A stretch of 63,186 nucleotides of DNA, the filler included, from Octopus bimaculoides (lineage: Eukaryota): NCBI RefSeq assembly GCF_001194135.2. It is 4 parts of 4 records of this genome, joined end to end, with 100 filler letters (N's around TTAATTAATTAA, not from the genome) between each part and the next. Parts side by side here need not be neighbours in the genome. Positions count along the whole stretch, not along the records: positions 1 to 17,151 come from NC_069002.1; 3 more parts are not named here. One strand, written 5' to 3'. Below the pieces are notes generated by a model. That model was given only the letters and a program-made list of their open reading frames with translations. It had not been told where the DNA came from and searched no databases. Below, piece by piece: positions 1-12,500 of this stretch. The translations under genes were made by a program, and so were the position numbers. Position 1 is the first letter of the stretch, and the number at the start of each line of letters is the position of its first letter.

Positions 1-47
<47 letters not shown>

Positions 48-617
48 TTATATAAATATTTATATAAATATATATATATATGTGCATGTATGCATGACTT
101 TGTGTGTGTATGTGTGTATATATACATGTAAGTAGGGCTTGTATACACCTGATTATAAGTGTGACAACAATGGGGGCGTTTAAAATATAACTCTGAAAAT
201 AGACATCTTCCTGGAGTTTTTCTGACAGATTTGTTTAGAATATGTAAAATATTTGCTGTTATTCAAGGAAGCTTTTGACTCTTCCGTTCTCCAGCCTGGC
301 ATCTTTTTCTGCACATTAACACACACACACACGTGCTGGCGTATGAAAGTATGCATCATGCACACAAGTCCTTACACATGCATAATTACTTAAATGCTCC
401 TGTAATCTCGCAGTGTAGGCAGTTATGTGCATTGTTAGGAAAATGCAGATATGTGCTAATGCATATCCATACACATACAAATGCACACATAAGCACACGT
501 AAACACTTGCTAAAATGCATACATATAATTACCTTCATATGCACACCAACACACACACACACACACACACTTATAATGAATCATTGCACACATTTTTCTA
601 CATACATATATATGTGT

Positions 618-651
<34 letters not shown>

Positions 652-780
652 GGGTTTATATATGTGTGTGTGTGTATATACGTATGTATATGTATATATG
701 TTTATATATGGGTATATATATGTGTGTGTATATATATATATATATGTATGTATATGTGTGTGTCCATGTGTGTATATGTA

Positions 781-827
<47 letters not shown>
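1..827. repeat. Compound (TA)n/(TG)n/(CA)n microsatellite-rich tract ending at an assembly gap
   Basis: Directly visible dinucleotide runs at 1-50, 547-570 and 600-827; source of the YI/CV/HT ORFs. Confidence 0.9.
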
Positions 828-1111
828 NNNNNNNNNNNNNNNNNNNNNNNNNNNNNNNNNNNNNNNNNNNNNNNNNNNNNNNNNNNNNNNNNNNNNNNNN
901 NNNNNNNNNNNNNNNNNNNNNNNNNNNNNNNNNNNNNNNNNNNNNNNNNNNNNNNNNNNNNNNNNNNNNNNNNNNNNNNNNNNNNNNNNNNNNNNNNNNN
1001 NNNNNNNNNNNNNNNNNNNNNNNNNNNNNNNNNNNNNNNNNNNNNNNNNNNNNNNNNNNNNNNNNNNNNNNNNNNNNNNNNNNNNNNNNNNNNNNNNNNN
1101 NNNNNNNNNNN

Positions 1112-1170
<59 letters not shown>

Positions 1171-1505
1171 TATTACACATTGTTTCCTTCCTCCCTCCCT
1201 CTCTCTCTTTTCACACACTTTGTGATGCAGAACAATGCCTATGTGTGCATATATTATATAATGCCTACATAGACATGCACAACTACTTATACACAAGCAA
1301 AAATAGCAATTTGAATACAGATAAACCCCTCCGTACAACTGTGCAGCTTCTTTGGCACCATGTCACACACAAGAAATACCTAGGGTGCAATCAAACCAAC
1401 AGGTTTGCACCCAATTTTCCTCCTACATTCATACTTGCATACAAATATATAGATTATATATATACATATATGTATGTGTGCGTGTATATATATTTATGTG
1501 TGTGT

Positions 1506-1542
<37 letters not shown>

Positions 1543-1599
1543 CCTAATTACATCAGTGCGTGGCTAGAGTTTCTGTCAAGAGACACAGTTTCCTTGTTG

Positions 1600-1965
1600 G
1601 GCTCCCCGTATGAAGTACTACTTACCCATTTTCAGGTCTAAGGTTATGTCCAGAAAGTTGATTTCTTAGAAAATGGCAGTACTTGTTACAGATTGGCCAA
1701 ATTCTTTGAAGATTTTCAACGGCTTCTACCTGAACTTGTCCGCGGCATAGCCATTCATATGACTTGAGATTGCAAAACTGCTATCCCACTTCAGGGTTAT
1801 GGAGTTTTGTGCACTTCTTTAGGGTATCCAGGATAAATAACTTGTTAAGATCAATGGTATGAAACCCTTCATAGTTCCTTACTGATATGTTAAATAGTGC
1901 CTTGCCTTCTATGTTCAGCCATTAGGAACCATTGTGAATCAAGATTGACTTTCTTGATTCTGGCA
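1600..1965 (-). mobile_element. Decayed Penelope-like element reverse transcriptase fragment
   Basis: Minus-strand translation with stops and frameshifts: SRKSILIHNGS*W...LFNISVRNYEG...LFILDTLKK, SGIAVL, ADKFR*KPLKIFKEFGQSVT, EINFLDITLDLKMGK. These match PLE RT motifs ARKS..F..PW..FDVTMGSYDG, DDGLAVL, KIFK..GL.IT and VNFLDVTL.L.TG. Confidence 0.7.
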
Positions 1966-3405
1966 TTGAGTTTGCTGTAATCACTGTGTAACACGATTTT
2001 TGTCCTTGGGTAGCAACTGTTATTTCCTAGTTGCTGACCTCTAGAAAGTTTTGCAAATGGCTAATATTTCCTTCAAACTTTGCTTTTGTTATATTTATTC
2101 AAATCTCAAAGAATCCCTCTCAACACATGGTTATGATGCTTCCCCACTACTCCTGCACATGATCAGAGATGCACATATTGACAGCCACTAAGGGACATGC
2201 TCAACTGATCAAGAAACTGACAAGGAATTTTGTGGTTATTGAGTAGAATATTTGCTATAACAATATTTCTGCTTCAGCAACTCACTGCTGAATCTGTCTG
2301 AAATGTAATGGAAAATTGGTCAGTTTCAAAACATTGATGTGCAGGTCATAAAAGCAAAGTTTGAAGGGAATAGTGATTTCTTTTGATTTCTAAATAGAAA
2401 CAAATAGGAAATAACACTGACCAGAGACAAAAAAAAAAAAAAAAAAAAAAAAAAAACTTTGTTATACAATTTATTTATGATTTGCCTACCAAAATCTGAA
2501 CCTTCAAGAGGAAGGATTTCAATATTGAATGGTAGAAATCTACAATATCAAACGGAGTGGACCAGCAAGCTGCTTTATTTTGATGCCATGGAACCAGTCA
2601 ATTACTGTGGTGCTGCAATCTCTTTGAATCAGCCCAAGAAGACTCTTATTACACTTATTTTGATCCTATGGGGTTTAACCAGCTTGCATTTGCAGTTAGT
2701 AAGGAAATTGGGCTTATGATCCTTAAGTGTGATATAGGGCATGGAAAGGCAGATCCATGCAATTGCCTCTGTTTGGAAGGGTGGCCAATTTCTTCGCTTC
2801 AGTGTTTATATCATTGTATATAGAAATGCTTGTTTTCTTGTATGTTTTGATTATTGTGTTTGTACAAAGTCTGGTGTGTGTAGAAGTGTTTGTTTCATGT
2901 TCTTTGTTTTGTCAGTAGGGATTTCTACATGCGTGATTGTTTCGTTTTTGCCATGTAATTGTTGAAAGACTTAAGAGAAAGATTAGTATGATGCTGAAAT
3001 CTAATCATGTTTATGATGGTCATTAAATCAGTTTCAAAGTTCTCAAGGTCTTTTATCTGGGGAAAGCACATTCAATATTTAAAGCCAACCTTGTCTACAA
3101 ATGTGCTGGTTGAAAGATTCTCAAAGAAGAGGGCTTTCCACTAATGGGCAGGCATAATATATAGCCCCTACTGCTTGTATAGACCACAGTCCCATCCATG
3201 CTGACTGTCTGACTTAGCACCACCAAATCTTAACCCAATACCACCAAATCTGTAACTCCCACAAAAATAATGTCACCACTATACTGTTAGCTTTCCACTA
3301 ATCCATAGTAACATTCTGATCAGACAACATTCAGCTCCACCATACACAGCTGCAAATCCAACAAAATGATAGCACTAAATATGTGTGTATGTGTGTAAAT
3401 GCTGT

Positions 3406-3451
<46 letters not shown>

Positions 3452-3461
3452 NNNNNNNNNN

Positions 3462-3501
<40 letters not shown>

Positions 3502-3574
3502 GTATATATGTGTATATATGTGTATATATGTATGTATATGCATGTATATATGTGTATATATATATAAGTATATT

Positions 3575-3608
<34 letters not shown>

Positions 3609-3876
3609 CTAGTGCATACATGCTATCTTTAAAACAACATGTTTTACATTAGTTTGATATCATTGTATCATATATTCCGTAGTGTATGGTGTATATATGT
3701 AAGTATATATATGGCATGCATGTGGGAAAAAATGCTGGCAAGACATGCAACATGAATGAAACTTGAACATCAGTAATAGAAAATGGGCTATAAGGTGAAA
3801 TGCAATTATATTAAGAGAACGTGTATTTATAAAGTAATGAAAAATTACTACCTAATTGCTGCCAATAAATTCTATA

Positions 3877-3916
<40 letters not shown>

Positions 3917-4252
3917 ATTTGCACACTATGATGCATTTTTAATATAGTTAGCACAATACCACTGTGAATACTGTTACCCTATTTACTTTTATGCATAGTG
4001 AAAAGTTGAGCCCATCTCATTCACAGTATTGTCACCCTTTTAATGCAAACCAAATGAAAGAAGTATATTCTTTGTTTATATATAACATGCAGTTATATGA
4101 TTGAATATTGTTACATACAAAAGGAAAGCAAAATGAAGCAAGCTGATATGTAGATATATAATAGCAATGTAATCTAGCATTAATTATGTTAAAGCAATGA
4201 GCATACATGCACAAATGTTCCTCACTCACTTTGTTTCTTCATAACTTCCAAA

Positions 4253-4649
4253 TAATGGATATTTTCAAATGAAATTTTCTACAAATATGCATGAGAAGGT
4301 GTAGGTTCAGATTTTGTCTGAATTTGTTATCCAAAAAAATGTTTTCAGAGGAGTGGAGTTTCAGAAAATCCACACAAGTCAGCTTTGTTTCCTCATAACT
4401 TTCTCAAAAATGACTATTTTTCTATAGAAATTTTGATAAATGCCATTCAAAGTGGGTAGATTACGATTACATTAGAATTTAATATGACAATAAAAACTGG
4501 TGTGATAGCGCACATACATACTGACAGACTGACAGATGTTACATTTTTTTTCTCAGAAAATACATTTCAAAACAGATTCTGATATGATTAGAATCTTCAC
4601 TATCTGAAGCATATTTGTAGAAAATTTCCTTTAAAAATATCCATTTTTC
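4253..4649. mobile_element. Non-autonomous DNA element with ~36-bp imperfect terminal inverted repeats
   Basis: aataatggatattttcaaatgaaattttctacaaatatgc at the left matches the reverse complement of gcatatttgtagaaaatttcctttaaaaatatccattttt at the right; related sequence at ~27740-28075. Confidence 0.45.
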
Positions 4650-6134
4650 TTAACAAAGTCTGTGGAGCACTTATGTGCAGGTATGGTGCAGCTAACTCCA
4701 GTCAGTCACTATATATCATTGTGCATGCAATACTGGTAGTCCATAGGAAACATGTATTATTTTAACTGTATAACGTTGATATCAAAGGTATATATATATA
4801 TGCATGTATGTATTCATATCCATCTTTTCCTTGCTGGTGTGAACCATTTTTTGTTTTACAAAACTCTAATGATCCTGTTAACCAAGCACAATGATAATTG
4901 GAATATATCCATCACAGGTTTGAGACTTCTGCTATGACCACTGGAGTGGGCACCTCTTTCCTGTTCCTTTTGAGGCCATTTTTGAAAATGAATAACACAA
5001 TACAAATGGCTACAGTGAAACTATTAATACATGGTTAAAACTACTTGGATGAACTTTTCTCTATCTCTGGATAATGAGACAGAAAGCAAAACCCTGAAGC
5101 TTTTTCTTGGCAGAACAAACAAGACAACTTTTCCTCATCAAATAGTTCAGAAGAAATTACTCTCTAAACAAACATCTGTAAACATGTCACATCTACAACA
5201 TTATAAAATAGAAATAATGATGATAATAATTCTTCCTTTTTTGGACATTTTGTTCATGCATGCATTACAAATCATATTACAGATGGGGTTATAAAACATG
5301 TTGCATGGGCATGAATATAAAATGTGGGTAGGGGCAAAAATGTGACATAATATATCAAGATATGTTTCCTCACTCTGTACTCAGTCTTAGAGAAACAGTC
5401 ATGTGTTTCCATTAGTGATCCTTAGAGAAAATATTTTAGCACATATGATCCAGGTCCTCTCCTAACTCTTCTTTTGAGGTCCTATACGAAATATTCTGTA
5501 TTCTGAAACACATACATTACCTTCCACTTCATGCTGGTAAAGAAGCACTATCTTTTGTCATGTATCTCATCCATACCTTGAGCTTCCTCAACTTCAGTCA
5601 TTCTGTTTGTTTTTCTATAAAATTTGTAAAGGATAGAATATTGCTGATTATGATGTTTATATACTTGTTTTTATTTTTTCTATTTCTCTTTATGTTTTCA
5701 AGACTTTTTTTTTTGTGTCTTCCATTCTGCAAATGTGTCTAAATTCAAAGCTCTATCCAGAATCTTGATAAACAATTTAGGAACTTATTTGCTTATGTTA
5801 ATGCTACAGAAATTATGGTGAGCACCTCTTCCTACCACTTTTGGCACAGCTCCTCTCACTTCATGTAAATATTGCAAATGTCAAAATGAGTGAAGAGCTT
5901 TTGAAATGTTTAAAATACTTTTCTTTATGCAAGACAATGGGTTTGATGTTAAACACCACCAAACATTTGATAGCAAAACCGCCATAAAATAACATTTTCT
6001 TTGACATTGAGTAATCCAGGAAGAAAAATTGTCTTCACAAACTTCTGTAAAAGAAAGACAAGAGCAATCACATAATAATAATAATAATGGTAACAATAGT
6101 AGTAGTTGTAGTAGTAGTAGTAGTAGAAATTTCA

Positions 6135-6340
6135 AATTTTGGCACAAGGCCAGCAGTTTTGGGAGAGAGACTGAGTTAATTACATCAACCCCAGTACTCA
6201 GCTGCTACTTAATTTATCGACACCCTAAATGATGAAAGGTAACGGTGACCTCAGTAGAATTTGAACTCAGATTGGAGCAATGAGTGAAAGACTGTTAAGC
6301 ATTTCACCCAACATCCTAAGAATTCTGCTAGCTCACCACC

Positions 6341-6345
<5 letters not shown>
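6135..6345 (-). mobile_element. tRNA-derived SINE, family A (head ggcgg.gagctggcagaatcgttagca...gagttcaaattc)
   Basis: Same ~200-bp sequence recurs at ~6735-6945, 6975-7130, 22880-23050, 23085-23295, 23770-23985, 24470-24685, 34630-34840, 37250-37445, 51410-51600, 53390-53610 and 58700-59580; B-box-like GAGTTCAAATTC; often next to (AAT)n. Confidence 0.8.

Positions 6346-6423
<78 letters not shown>
6343..6423. repeat. (AAT)n microsatellite
   Basis: Directly visible. Confidence 0.95.
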
Positions 6424-6425
<2 letters not shown>

Positions 6426-6493
6426 AAATTACTATTTTTAAATTTCACAACGAGAGATAGTCAGCAACAGTACTTTGGAGCAAAGATTATTTA

Positions 6494-6705
6494 CCAACAT
6501 AACATGGCAGTCCTGGTTTCAGATGAATGTTGCTGTAATTTAGCCCCAGGAGACATCGTCTGCAGCTGGCTATACGACATGATCTGTGTCTTTATTCGAA
6601 AATATAAGGACACAGATTGTGTCGTATAGCCAGTTGGAAACGATGTCTCCTGGGGCTAAATTACAGCAGCATTCGTCCTAAACCAGGACTGCCATGTTAT
6701 GTTGG
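6494..6705. mobile_element. Near-perfect palindromic (hairpin) MITE
   Basis: ccaacataacatggcagtcctggttt...tgtgtctttatt mirrors aatataaggacacagat...aaaccaggactgccatgttatgttgg; ~100-bp arms, minimal loop, TA near both ends. Confidence 0.85.
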
Positions 6706-7589
6706 CTATCTTTATTCCATAATAATAATGATTTCAAATTTTTGCCACAATGGCAGCTTGGGGGAGGAGATTAAATCAATTACATCAACCTCAGCGTGTA
6801 ACTGGTATTTACTTAATCGGTCCCAAAAGATGAAAGACAAAGTTGACCTCAGAGGAATTTGAACTCAGAATGCATAAAACTAGATGAAATCCCCTCAAGC
6901 ATTTTGCCCAGCGTGCTAACGATTCTGCCAGCTCACTGCCTTAATAATAATAATAATAATAATAATGATAATTATTTCAAATTTTTGCCACAGTATTCAA
7001 CTGGTACTTATTTTATCAACCCCTAAAGGATGAAAGGCAAATGATCTCGATGGAATTTAGACTCAGAATGTAACGACCAGCAAAATACTGCTAAGCATTT
7101 CATCCAGTTTGCTAAGGATTCTGCCAGCTTACAATAATAATAATAGTAATAATGATAATGTTCATTACATTGACCCCCTCACCTTGGCTGATACTTTTTT
7201 TATTGACCCCATAAGGATAAAATGTTAAATTGATCTCAGTTGAATTTGAACTCTGAATGTAAAGATTTTGAACATAAGTCATAAGGTATTTTGTTTGATG
7301 CTCAAATGATTCTTGCCACTCCCATAAAGCTTTTCATCCTAGGGCCCATCCATGCATATAAAACTGGTTCTAAAAAATGGTTTCGTGATATCTGGAGACT
7401 TATAAATATGTAATTATTTGAAAACAAAGTGTGGGACAGGGTGATTGCAAAATATATAAAAGGAAAAAGTATGCTGAAGATTTTTTTTACACCTAAATAC
7501 ACAGAATTAATTGGCAAAAAAACACTCCTAGGTACACATAACCTAGCAGAGTTATGTGGATGTGTGTGTGTGTGTGTATATATTCTTTT

Positions 7590-7906
7590 ATTCTTTTCAG
7601 TCATTTGACTGTGGCCATGCTGGAGCACTGCCTTTAGTTGAACAAATGAACCCCAGGACTTATTCTTTGAAAGCCTAGTATTCATTTTATCGGTTTCTTT
7701 TGCCGAAATGCTAGGTTACGGGGACATAAGCACACCAACACCNNNNNNNNNNNNNNNNNNNNNNNNNNNNNNNNNNNNNNNNNNNNNNNNNNNNNNNNNN
7801 NNNNNNNNNNNNNNNNNNNNNNNNNNNNNNNNNNNNNNNNNNNNNNNNNNNNNNNNNNNNNNNNNNNNNNNNNNNNNNNNNNNNNNNNNNNNNNNNNNNN
7901 NNNNNN

Positions 7907-7943
<37 letters not shown>

Positions 7944-8080
7944 CGGGCTTCTTTCAGTTTCCATCTACCAAATCCACTCACAAGGTTTTGGTCAGCTTGA
8001 GGCTATAGTAGAAGACACTTGCCCAAGGTGCCATGCAGTGGGACTGAACCTGGAACCATGTGATTGGGAAGGAAGTTTCT
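7590..8080 (-). mobile_element. tRNA-derived SINE, family B (head ggctgtgtggtaagaagcttgct...ggttca.tccc), spanning a gap
   Basis: Matches copies at ~31900-32085, 32770-32965, 38900-39300, 39330-39520 plus 40773-40988 and 60381-60730; 3' part ends gactgaaacaagtaaaaga. Confidence 0.75.
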
Positions 8081-8340
8081 TACCACAAAGTAGAACTGAA
8101 CCCAGAACTATATGTATAAATGGACTAAACAGAACAAGAAGTGACATGTGGGATGGAGAGTCACTAAAGAGGTCACAGGGATGTATGACAAAAAATTTCA
8201 AGCAAAGGACACTAAAATAAGAACAATAATGAAGCTGAAATGAAGAATGAGTATATAATATGTGTCTGAACCCCCAAATACAACAATATCTGTTTCAACA
8301 CATATTTTTACATCAGGAATCTTATAAATCAAAGCCAAAC

Positions 8341-8403
8341 ACAAACACACACACACACACACACACACGCAAACACGCACACATGCACACACACATACAC
8401 ACA

Positions 8404-8463
<60 letters not shown>
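8341..8463. repeat. (CA)n microsatellite
   Basis: Directly visible. Confidence 0.95.
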
Positions 8464-8464
<1 letters not shown>

Positions 8465-9462
8465 TCACATGTTTGTGTACTGGAGATATTTTCTTAGTTC
8501 TCTTTGAATCTGACTAATTTTAGATTACCTTGAAAATGTGTTAAAATGTATTTTCAGAAATATTAATTTCAATGCTATTTTCCCTATCAAAAGATGCTAA
8601 TACAATAGAAACAATTGTTGGCATTGTAAGGTGAATTCTACAATGAAAGATGTGATTTTTTCTATTTGTATTTTTGTTGTCTAATCCTTTGAATTTCTTG
8701 ATAATCTTCTAAATAATATTTGGATCTTCTTGTCATACTTGAAGGATTACCCTGGGTGTGTTTTCTCCTTGCATTTATTGGTGTCTGATTGTTTAATGTA
8801 ATTAACCAAATCCATTTAAAACTGAGTACTTTATCAATATCTTCCTGGATTGTTTAATCCATTTTTTCTTCCTGTATATATATTTCAATATATATATATA
8901 TATATATATATATATTNNNNNNNNNNNNNNNNNNNNNNNNNNNNNNNNNNNNNNNNNNNNNNNNNNNNNNNNNNNNNNNNNNNNNNNNNNNNNNNNNNNN
9001 NNNNNNNNNNNNNNNNNNNNNNNNNNNNNNNNNNNNNNNNNNNNNNNNNNNNNNNNNNNNNNNNNNNNNNNNNNNNNNNNNNNNNNNNNNNNNNNNNNNN
9101 NNNNNNNNNNNNNNNNNNNNNNNNNNNNNNNNNNNNNNNNNNNNNNNNNNNNNNNNNNNNNNNNNNNNNNNNNNNNNNNNNNNNNNNNNNNNNNNNNNNN
9201 NNNNNNNNNNNNNNNNNNNNNNNNNNNNNNNNNNNNNNNNNNNNNNNNNNNNNNNNNNNNNNNNNNNNNNNNNNNNNNNNNNNNNNNNNNNNNNNNNNNN
9301 NNNNNNNNNNNNNNNNNNNNNNNNNNNNNNNNNNNNNNNNNNNNNNNNNNNNNNNNNNNNNNNNNNNNNNNNNNNNNNNNNNNNNNNNNNNNNNNNNNNN
9401 NNNNNNNNNNNNNNNNNNNNNNNNNNNNNNNNNNNNNNNNNNNNNNNNNNNNNNNNNNNNNN

Positions 9463-9507
<45 letters not shown>

Positions 9508-9870
9508 GGACTCCGAGGAGATGGAGTATCCCATATTTTATAATATTTTATAATATTTTATATTATGTATGAATCATTCTGGATATTGCATCAAAATGTT
9601 CATAGGTCATTTTCATTATTATTATTATTATAATAAAGTATTTTCAATGGATCAGTTTTGAGCTCTATTTAAAGTCGATATATATATATATATATATATA
9701 TATTCTGAAGATGTTTGTTAAATGTAATGAGGTAAATGTAAATTTACTCCAATTTGATAAACAGAAACACCTGTAAATGATTCTGAACTACAATTAAATA
9801 ATGACATTTTAATACCAATGGTCAACTTCTCATTGTTAATTATTGCTCCATTTCTTTTCTTTTCTATATA

Positions 9871-10420
9871 CACGAGGCTGAGTCAAAAAGTAAGGTCAGT
9901 TTGTTTAGGACAGGTATAATTACCAACACCGGAACATGTACCATACATCAAAATGAAGCTGGTCCTCTGTGGATCACATCCCTACTTCTCAACAAAGTCA
10001 CCATTTCTCTCAATAGCAATGTTCCACCTTCGAATGAGAGCATGTATTCCTTCCCCGTAAAGTTCTGTTGATTATTCTTTGAGCCACTTCTTCACCACAG
10101 TTTTCACTTCCTCGTCACTGGACTATCATCTCTTCGGCCCCATGAAAGAGGCTTTGAGAGGCAAACTTTATTCCAGTGACGAGGGAGTGCAAACTGTAGT
10201 GAAGAAGTGGCTCAAAGAACAGTCAACAGAATTTTACCTGGCAGGGATACATGTTCTCATTCAAAGGTGGAACATTGCTATTGAGAGAAATGGTGACTAT
10301 GTTGAGAAGTAGGGATGTGATCCACAGAGGACCAGCTTCATTTTGATGTATGATACATGTTCCTGTGTTGCTAATTATACCTGTCCTAAACAAAATGGCA
10401 TTACATTTTGACTAATCCTC

Positions 10421-10423
<3 letters not shown>
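9871..10423. mobile_element. Fold-back mariner derivative made of two inverted copies of the transposon 3' end
   Basis: Arms 9871-10122 and 10172-10423 are reverse complements. Plus-strand remnant DYHLFGPMKEALRGKLYSSDEGVQTVVKKWLKEQSTEFYLAGIHVLIQRWNIAIERNGDYVEK is a mariner transposase C-terminus. Ends (t/c)acgagg...cctcgta. Confidence 0.88.
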
Positions 10424-10467
<44 letters not shown>

Positions 10468-10469
10468 CA

Positions 10470-10860
10470 CTAGCTGAGTAACTTGTTGTTGCTAGGCAGT
10501 TTTCACAATAGAATATCTTTATTTCAAATTTTTGCTATTATATGTCAGACCATGTCAAGCTTCTTGATCAGAATGGATTTCTGTATTATTTGGAGCAATT
10601 TATAAGGACTAAATAAAGAAAGTTTTTTTGCTTTTCCATTTAGCGCATGGCTGTAAAGATTTTTCTTACTTCCTACTCTTGAACATTCAATGTGAAGCTG
10701 GGTAAAGCAGGTCTCTTCAAGGTATAAATCGGCAAATGCGAATGTTTGCCCTTCCAATTTGTTGATGGTTGTGACCAAATTAAGACCCATTGGAAATTGA
10801 AGTTGTTTGAATTGAAATGAGACATCATCTCCTAAGTCTGTACAATAGAGGCTGTTGTGC
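10470..10860 (-). mobile_element. Helitron 3' end with decayed RepHel (PIF1-type) helicase C-terminus
   Basis: Minus ORF 10545-10862 has FQFKQLQFPMGLNLVTTINKLEGQT...EETCF.QLHIECSRVG (consensus F.F.R.QFP....FA.TINK.QGQ....P.F..GQLY.A.SRV); minus-strand CTAG|T terminus at 10473-10469. Confidence 0.8.
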
Positions 10861-11224
10861 ACTTATCAAGTAATTGATGCATCTTGAACTGAAAAATTTC
10901 CCGATTGATATCTTGAAATCCTGCCAACTTCTGGCACCAACACTCCTTAACAAAATTCTCTTTACACACAGTGCATACTTTCCTGCAGGTTTCCACCATT
11001 ATCTTAGCTTTATTAAAATAAAGAAAAACATGAGGTATTGATAATGTTCATTTTGCTTCTTCATTCTCATGATGATCCTAACCTGTCTCCTCACAAGTCT
11101 GCATCAAACTACATTGAATCTTCAAGTATCTAACAAGTCCACATGCACCAGGAACAGATCGAAGTTACCTACTTATTAAGAGTGCTTGAAGTTGACAAAA
11201 ACTGAATGGAACTCTTGGCCAACT

Positions 11225-11305
<81 letters not shown>

Positions 11306-11396
11306 ACAAGAAATAATATTTGTCTCTTTTTATAGAAACAAAAGGGTTTCTAGGAATGCAAAAGAAGTGCTCAAATAAAAATGAGACGAAGATAAG

Positions 11397-11897
11397 GAAG
11401 CATTGATTATGGAACAAACATTTAAATTTGGGTCAATGACTTCACATACAACACCACCCTTCAAACATTTAATCATATATAAAAATCACCATGGTTTTCA
11501 AACACATAAAAAATAATGAATAATTTGACCTGTGGAAGTCTGTTTACCTATGACCTTTGGCCGTATTTGCATGACGGAAGTAAAAGGCTTTTTTCAAATA
11601 TTTAAAAAAAAAAACAATTTTTTTAATTTTAAAATATATGTTAATCATCTGATTAAACTTTTTTAGTCAGTGGATATTTATTTTTAGTTTTACCTTTACT
11701 TATTTTATATTGGTAGTTTTTGAATTTTTAGCTGTTTATATTTAACATTTTTGATAGGCCGTTCTATTTGTATTTTATTCGTATTTTTATGTGTTTGTGA
11801 ACCATGGTTATTTTTATATATGATTAAATGTTTGAGGGATGGTGTTGTGTGTAAAGTCATTCACCCAGATTTAATGTTTGTTCTATAACCAATGCTT

Positions 11898-11898
<1 letters not shown>
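11397..11898. mobile_element. ~500-bp non-autonomous element with ~120-bp terminal inverted repeats
   Basis: 11397-11515 (gaagcattgattatggaacaaacattt...aaacacataaaaaata) is the reverse complement of 11782-11898. Confidence 0.75.
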
Positions 11899-11936
<38 letters not shown>

Positions 11937-11999
11937 TGTGTTTGTGGGTGGATGTATGTATGCATGCATACGAATACTACCCAGAAGGGTAACCTACCC

Positions 12000-12500
12000 T
12001 CACAGGGGTAAGGTACCACAAAAACGTCTATGAACCAGGTTTTATCTGTGTCTCTGATTTTCATTGATGGTGATCCTCGTATTTCTTTGTTGCATATTGT
12101 CGGGATACTAATGTGACACACTTGCTTATCTTACCTCTTCATTTAAACCTGAGAGTTATAGTTCCATAAAGCTAACTTTTCAATATCAGAGATTGCTGTC
12201 TATGCATCAGTTAGGAGTACTTGCAACTGAGGTTTAGAGTGCACAAGGAAACCCCATCTAATTTTGTAAGGGCACTTTTCTTATTTCTTAAGTTTATGTG
12301 AGAGCTTCAGGCAAAAATGTACTTGTTTCAGTTACTTAGTGTTGCCAAAATGTTCTTTCAGCTATATGACTCATATCTAGAGTTCCTATCTTGATTGAAG
12401 TATTAATAAAGCTCCAGGTTTGACTTCTACTTTTCTTGTTGACATTAGGTGTTTCCATAGTATTTTTGCTTGGTAAAATGTTTGTATCTGCTGGCTTTGA
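12000..12500 (-). mobile_element. Possible highly decayed LINE endonuclease region
   Basis: Minus-strand pieces TSIKIGTLDM and GFLVHSK resemble APE-domain motifs (IGT.NV, GVGFLV); many stops. Confidence 0.3.

Noticed and set aside
333-1541. Long ORFs rich in YI/CV/HT or X (also at 3.3, 8.2-9.6, 13.7-16.3, 39.5-40.7, 43.8-44.7, 47.2-48.1 and 54.5-54.9 kb)
   Set aside because: Translations of dinucleotide microsatellites and N gaps, not proteins
2459-2965. ORFs 2459-2719 and 2741-2965 as a gene
   Set aside because: No recognisable motif or convincing splice structure in any frame
5761-5817. Possible plus-strand exon NLDKQFRNLFAYVNATEIM (AG...GTGAGC); similar candidates near 8558-8625 and 50494-50562
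   Set aside because: Short, no homology recognised, and no compatible neighbours established; expected by chance in AT-rich DNA
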